Below are positions 58,995 to 64,000 of a stretch of 64,000 nucleotides of DNA, one piece after another. Below the pieces are notes generated by a model. That model searched no databases. It saw only the letters and a program-made list of their open reading frames with translations, and was not told the origin of the DNA. Location: NCBI GenBank assembly GCA_002269645.1, contig NIVC01002522.1:101109-165108 (forward strand). The letters are read 5' to 3'. Made by a program: the position numbers and the translations under genes. The number at the start of each line of letters is the position of its first letter. The first letter of the stretch is position 1. The DNA comes from Macrostomum lignano. Lineage: Eukaryota.

Positions 58995-61900
58995 ATGCAA
59001 CAGCTGACCCTTGCCTTGATAGTTTCTGTCGCCACCGCAGCAGCAGGAGCAGCAGTGGCGACGCCAGCAGGTTCCAGATTTCCGATATACTTCTTCTACG
59101 ACAGCTCGGCTCCGCCAGGCACCGGGATTGTCTTCAGGCGCGTCGCTGCCGACGTCGCATCGAGCGTCGGAGTCGTCGAAGTCGTCCCGTTGGAGCCTAA
59201 CATCAGTCAAAGCGGCTACAGCCTGCTCTCCAGGCTCTGCTCAGCCACCAGAGCCGGTGCCGCGGCCCTGTTTGCCTCAGTATGTCCGGAGGCTGACCGC
59301 CTCATCGCCAGCTGGGCCAGAGCGCACGACATGCTCTACATCGCCTGGCGGCAGGCTTTTCCCGACTTGCCGGGCACCAGGCTCAGCCCGCTACCCGAAT
59401 TGGCGCCGGCGTTTGAGAGCCTCCTGGCCTACCTCAACTGGACGGATTTCTCCTACGTCTACGCTGACGACGCCGGCTTCCGTCGGGGTGTTCGCCTCGC
59501 TGAGGCGCTCCGGCGTCGGAAGCGACAGGACGAGGCCGACAGCGCCGGATTTGGCAGCGCCGGGGAGAGTATCGATTTTCGACGGGTGGCGCCGGCCGCC
59601 GGGCCGTCGCAGCTGGAGAGAACTCGGTCGGCGCTGCGCAGTCTGGACGCCAGGCTTACTCGGCAGCATCCGCGGCGTCGACTGTTGGCTGTAGATGTTG
59701 GTGGAATGCACAGCGTGCAGCTGCTGCTGGAAGAGCTGGCCCTGCTAGGCATGAATAGGCCCGAGTATCACTATGCCGTTGCTGCGCTGGGCATGTCGGA
59801 GCTGCAGCTGGGCAGCTTCATCTACAGCGGCTGCAACATCACCGGATTCGATCTGGCGGTACGGCTTTTTAGCTTGCTTACGGTTGGAATTGTGTCTTGG
59901 GAGTCAATTTACTCAGTTGCGTGTCTTTACTCGGTCGTTTTGTGCCTGTACTCGGTTGTGTTCTTACTCTGTTGTGTCTTTACTCGGTTGTATCTTTACT
60001 CGGTTGTCTTTACTCAGTTGTTTTGTGCCTGTACTCAACTGTGTTCTTACTCTGTTGTGTCTTTACTTGGTCGTGTCTTTACTCGGTTGCGTCTTTACTC
60101 GTATCGTTACTCGGTTGTGTCCTTACTCGGTCTTCCATTTTAGTTTGCTTCTCAGTTTTGTGGTTCCTCAGTTTTCTTGGTTTGTCTTCTCATTGTCTCA
60201 GTTCTGTAGCAGCCGGTAATCCGAGGGGCAAATCCAGGCAGTTCAGCTACAAACTCTCTCAGATCCCCAGCGGCTATTCCCGGCGTTTCGGTTCCATCCC
60301 GCCGGCCGCTTACGTTCTCGGCCACGGCCGGCCGGATCTCAACCCGCCGTCGCACGATGTTCTGGCGATGCAATCAGCTCTGACCGCCCTGGCGGAGGCC
60401 GCTAATTCGGTCGGCTTGGCAACAAGCGACGATCATGTCGTCAGCAGAACAACTGTCCTGACCTGGCCAGACCTGTCCTGCCCCGGAGGCGACGTCGGTT
60501 TAGTAGTTGGTCGGCGAAAAATCCGGGGCGACGGCAGCCAGCGACGTCACAGTCTTGAACGTCGAGAGCTTCGCCACCGCCTGCACCAAGCCGTTGCCTC
60601 GAGGCTTTCAAGCAGCGGCTCCGATACCATCCGCGTGATGGACCTGATGGGCGCGCCGCACCGCTCCCAACCAATTGGAGTGTGGACCCCTGCCGGCGGC
60701 CTCAACATCACCAACGACCGGCACCGAAGGCGGTCCGGCGCTAGCGGCGCAAACGACACAGCAGATGCGAGCCTCAGGCTCGGCAATGGCACCGTGATCC
60801 GGGTGGTCAGCATCCTCAACGAGCCGTTTGTCATGTTGCGCGAGGGCAGCGAGAACGCCTCGGATTTCAGGCAGCGCTATCACGGATTCTGCATTGACTT
60901 GGCCGAGATGGTCTTCGCCAAGCTGGGTGTCGACTGGCAGCTGCACCTGGTTGAGGACGGAAAGTACGGCGCCCAGGAGCCCAGCCCCGATGGCAGCGGG
61001 GAGCTCGAGTGGAACGGAATGATGGGTGAGGCGGTGAGATCGCTATGATTGGGAGATCTGGAATCATCACAATGACAGTACGAACTCTGGAACTGCATTC
61101 AAAGTGGGAGTACCTGAAGTCTGAGGAATAGCTAAATACTTACCTCAGATTTAAGACACCTGAAGACTGAAGTTGTACAGCGGGGATACGTCGTAGGACA
61201 GGAGTCGGCAAACTCCGGCCTGCGGAGCCTCTCTATCCGGCTCCCGGGTCCTTTGAAACTTTACAACAGCAACCCGGCCCGCTCAAGGTTTGCGTCTCTT
61301 CTTAACTTTCTCTCTTCTCTCCTCTCTCTTTTCTCTCATCTGGCCTGCAGCCATGAGCTGGATTCACTATGTCGGAGGATAACTGAAGATGGAGGAGAGG
61401 AATATTTTTGAAACTTAAGGTCGGAGTAAGCATACGAGAGATCTCTACTCTCGTATATATCTAGGACTGCTGGGTTCGGAGTAAAGGGATATCTGAGGTG
61501 AGAGTAGAGAATTCAGGAAGTCAGGGTGCAAAGTTGACGAGGCCAGTTACTTGTCAAAAAGCTATTCTACGCATTATGAAATTTTTATTTCTTTTCTGCT
61601 CAATCTGAAGCTTCAGGTGTTTGAAATTCAATCGGGAACAGTAATAACTGCAGTTAAATCAGCGGCCCCAGATTCAGACAGCTGGGCTGATGAGGCCAAT
61701 CAGAAAAATGTCAACAGTTTTTCTTTCAATCAAAGCCAAGAAATACGATTGGGAGTTACAATCGGTCGGTGCAAAAAGCGGGGATGATCAAACGGAGATG
61801 CTGGGGGTGGAGGAAACTGTTGGATCAGTTCAGAATAGGGGAGTAAATTCGCCAGGCAGTGGAAACCCTCCCTGATTTCTCATGGGGCCTGGGAAGGCAA

Positions 61901-63630
61901 GGTCAGGTTGGGGGTGAATGAGTTGGCTTAAGCAAATTTTGTGACGAGGAGTCCACGCACGTACGTCGTACAGAAGAAGCCTGGCAAGTCATATGGGACT
62001 GGCCGGGGACCACTGAAACGGAGCATTCCGGACTGGAAGAATCGGGCATGGAAGTACCCCTTCTATCCAATGTTACACTCAAGAGCTGAGCTCTACACAA
62101 TCTTTTTTCCCTCTACTGAAAATCCCTCTGTATTTGACGCCTTTCAAATATTTCGAATGCTCGCAATTTCCAGTTTTGCTTCCAGTCTATCTGGCTCTAT
62201 TTCCCGGGAGTCCACGGACTGGGGAAATGCCGCGCCCTCCCCCCCCCCGCGAGCAATATTCGAATTGCTACTTGAGAGCGCACAATTTCATAAGTGGACA
62301 GAAAAGTGCAGACGACGTTTGACTGGAAATTTTTTCTTTTTTCTCCTTTAAAAGGCCGCCTCCAACAACGACATGTGACAGCCAATATGACAGCGTCAGA
62401 TGGCGATGGAGTGCGTTGAGTTGAAGAGAAGAATTTCTGGGGAAGAAAAACAGGGAGAGAGACCATCGAGAAAGCCTCGAATCATTCGGTTTTTGCAATA
62501 TACGAACTACTATCAGGGGTATTACTGCAGCCAGAATCCTTCTAGGTATCCAATCCACAAAAGAACGAGGTGACAGATGGCATGTCAGTCAGTAATGTAT
62601 CGAAGACTCACACGTACGATTTTGGATGCTCGGGTACTGCTTGGGGTTTGAAGTGAATTGCTACCTACATTTCGATATCTGCTACCGCGTCGGAGTAGAG
62701 CTACCTTAGGTCGAGGATGAGATACCTCAGGTCGGGGTTGAGATACCTCAGGTCGGGTTGAAATACCTCAGGTTGGGGTGGAGATACCACAGGTCGGAGT
62801 GGAGATACCTTAGGTTGGAGAGGAGATACCTCAGGTCGGGAGGAGATACCTTAGGTCGGGAAGAGATACCTTAGGTCGGAGAGGAGATACCTCAGTTCTG
62901 GGTGGAGATACCTCAGTTCTGGGTGGAGATACCTCAGGTCGGGGTTGAGATACCTCAGGTCGGGTTGAAATACCTCAGGTCGGAGTGTAGATACCTTAGG
63001 TTGAAGAGGAAATACCTCAGGTCAGAGTGGAGATACCTCAGGTCGTAGTAGAGATACCTCAGGTCGGAGAGGAGATACCTTAGGTCGGGAGGAGATACCT
63101 CAGTTCTGGGTGGAGATACCTCAGTTCTGGGTGGAGATACCTCAGGTCGGTGTGAAGATACCTTAGGTCGGAGAGGAGATACCTCAGGTCGGGGTGGAGA
63201 TACCTGAGGCACCTATAACTCAAAAACTAAAAAATACATATTTACGACCCACTTATAAACAGCATAAATTGATTAATTTGTCTAATCCAAATTGAATCAA
63301 CACTCCCATCACCAGGTGAGGTGATTCGCGGCAAAGCGGACGTCGCGATCGCCTCCCTGACAATCACCTCTGAGCGCAGCGAATACGTGCTGTTCTCTGA
63401 GCCCTTCATGAACTTCGGCCTGTCTGTGATCATTAAAAAGCCACAGAAGACCAAGCCCGGCATGTTCAGCTTTATGCAGCCATTGGAGCATCAGCTGTGG
63501 GTGGCCATCCTAATGGCAACGATGATCCTGGCCGCAGTCATGGCACTGCTGGCCCGTGTCAGCCGCTTGAGTGGAATCTGCAGGACCAGCCGCCACCAGA
63601 TCAACAGCGGCAGCGCGCCTCTGGTCCGGG
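58995..63630 (+). CDS. Ionotropic glutamate receptor, AMPA/kainate-like, 5' part (signal peptide, ATD, S1, TM1); continues beyond the window; apparent frame breaks
   Basis: Exon blocks 58995-59858, about 60210-61025 and 63316-63630. Motifs NITGF, EPFVM, GFCIDL, VEDGKYG, WNGMMG|EVIRGKADVAIASLTITSER, FSEPFMNFGLSVIIKKP, KPGMFSFMQPL, TM1. Confidence 0.9.
59895..60125. repeat. Degenerate TTTACTCGGTTGTG repeat in GluR intron 1
   Basis: Repeated TTTACTCGGT/TTTACTCAGT units. Confidence 0.8.
61199..61350 (+). mobile_element. hAT/Charlie-like MITE fragment (left end)
   Basis: CAGGAGTCGGCAAACTCCGGCC left TIR; colinear with 47267-47380. Confidence 0.75.
62690..63210. repeat. 21-bp minisatellite in GluR intron 2, about 25 copies
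   Basis: Unit GAGATACCTCAGGTCGGAGTG with variants; period 21 (62721 to 62742). Confidence 0.95.
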
Positions 63631-64000
63631 GTGAGTGTCAGTTTCTATTCCTGTTGGACGCTTTCTTAAGGCCGATGGATCTGAATGTCGAGAAAATAAA
63701 ACTAAACTAGAGACTATTTAATTGAATACTAAGAGATAGGAGCAGTAAGTGGGCGCAGGGCCCAAACCAGTGTTATATATGACACTAACTTAGAGGGGGG
63801 TCGACTCCCTTATAATAAAAGGAGGGGTCGACGTGCGCGACTAAAGAGAGAGGCGAGAATGGAGAGCCAATCAGAAGGCAACAAGGGAGAGAGATAAGAA
63901 TAACAAGATTGAGCTAGACAGAGAGAGAAAACAGAGTAAACAGAGACAAGTGGAAGGTGAACTAAAGAAATCACTAGGAAAGTCGCGACTTTCCTAAATG

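Noticed and set aside
63765-64000. Start of an LTR (TGTTATAT..., CCAAT, AATAAA-like)
   Set aside because: Cut by the window edge; no PBS, second LTR or coding region is visible.

Overview
Eukaryotic (animal) genomic DNA, not prokaryotic; no CRISPR, rRNA or true tRNA genes were seen. GC-rich exons in AT-rich, repeat-dense introns and long micro/minisatellites resemble a free-living flatworm such as Macrostomum (inference only). Nine host genes were reconstructed by hand from splice sites: a teashirt/tiptop zinc-finger factor (+), an intronless DEG/ENaC channel (+), a CPI-17/PPP1R14 PP1 inhibitor (-), a stand-alone homologue of the orphan POLR1D isoform-2 protein (+), an Amt ammonium transporter with two paralogous alternative first exons (-), CFAP69 (-), a small secreted prohormone-like orphan (+), a divergent type II pantothenate kinase with a GC-AG intron (-), and the 5' part of an AMPA-like glutamate receptor (+) with apparent frame breaks. 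Mobile DNA: a 3'-truncated Gypsy element with a -1 frameshift signal, a LINE endonuclease fragment, a decayed THAP/P-element transposase, a tRNA-derived SINE with target-site duplication (TSD), and a nested cluster of non-autonomous hAT, MULE-like, Harbinger-like and Merlin-like elements at 16.8-24.0 kb, most with readable TSDs. More than 15 tandem arrays account for most of the long low-complexity ORFs. All homology calls come from recalled motifs, not database searches.
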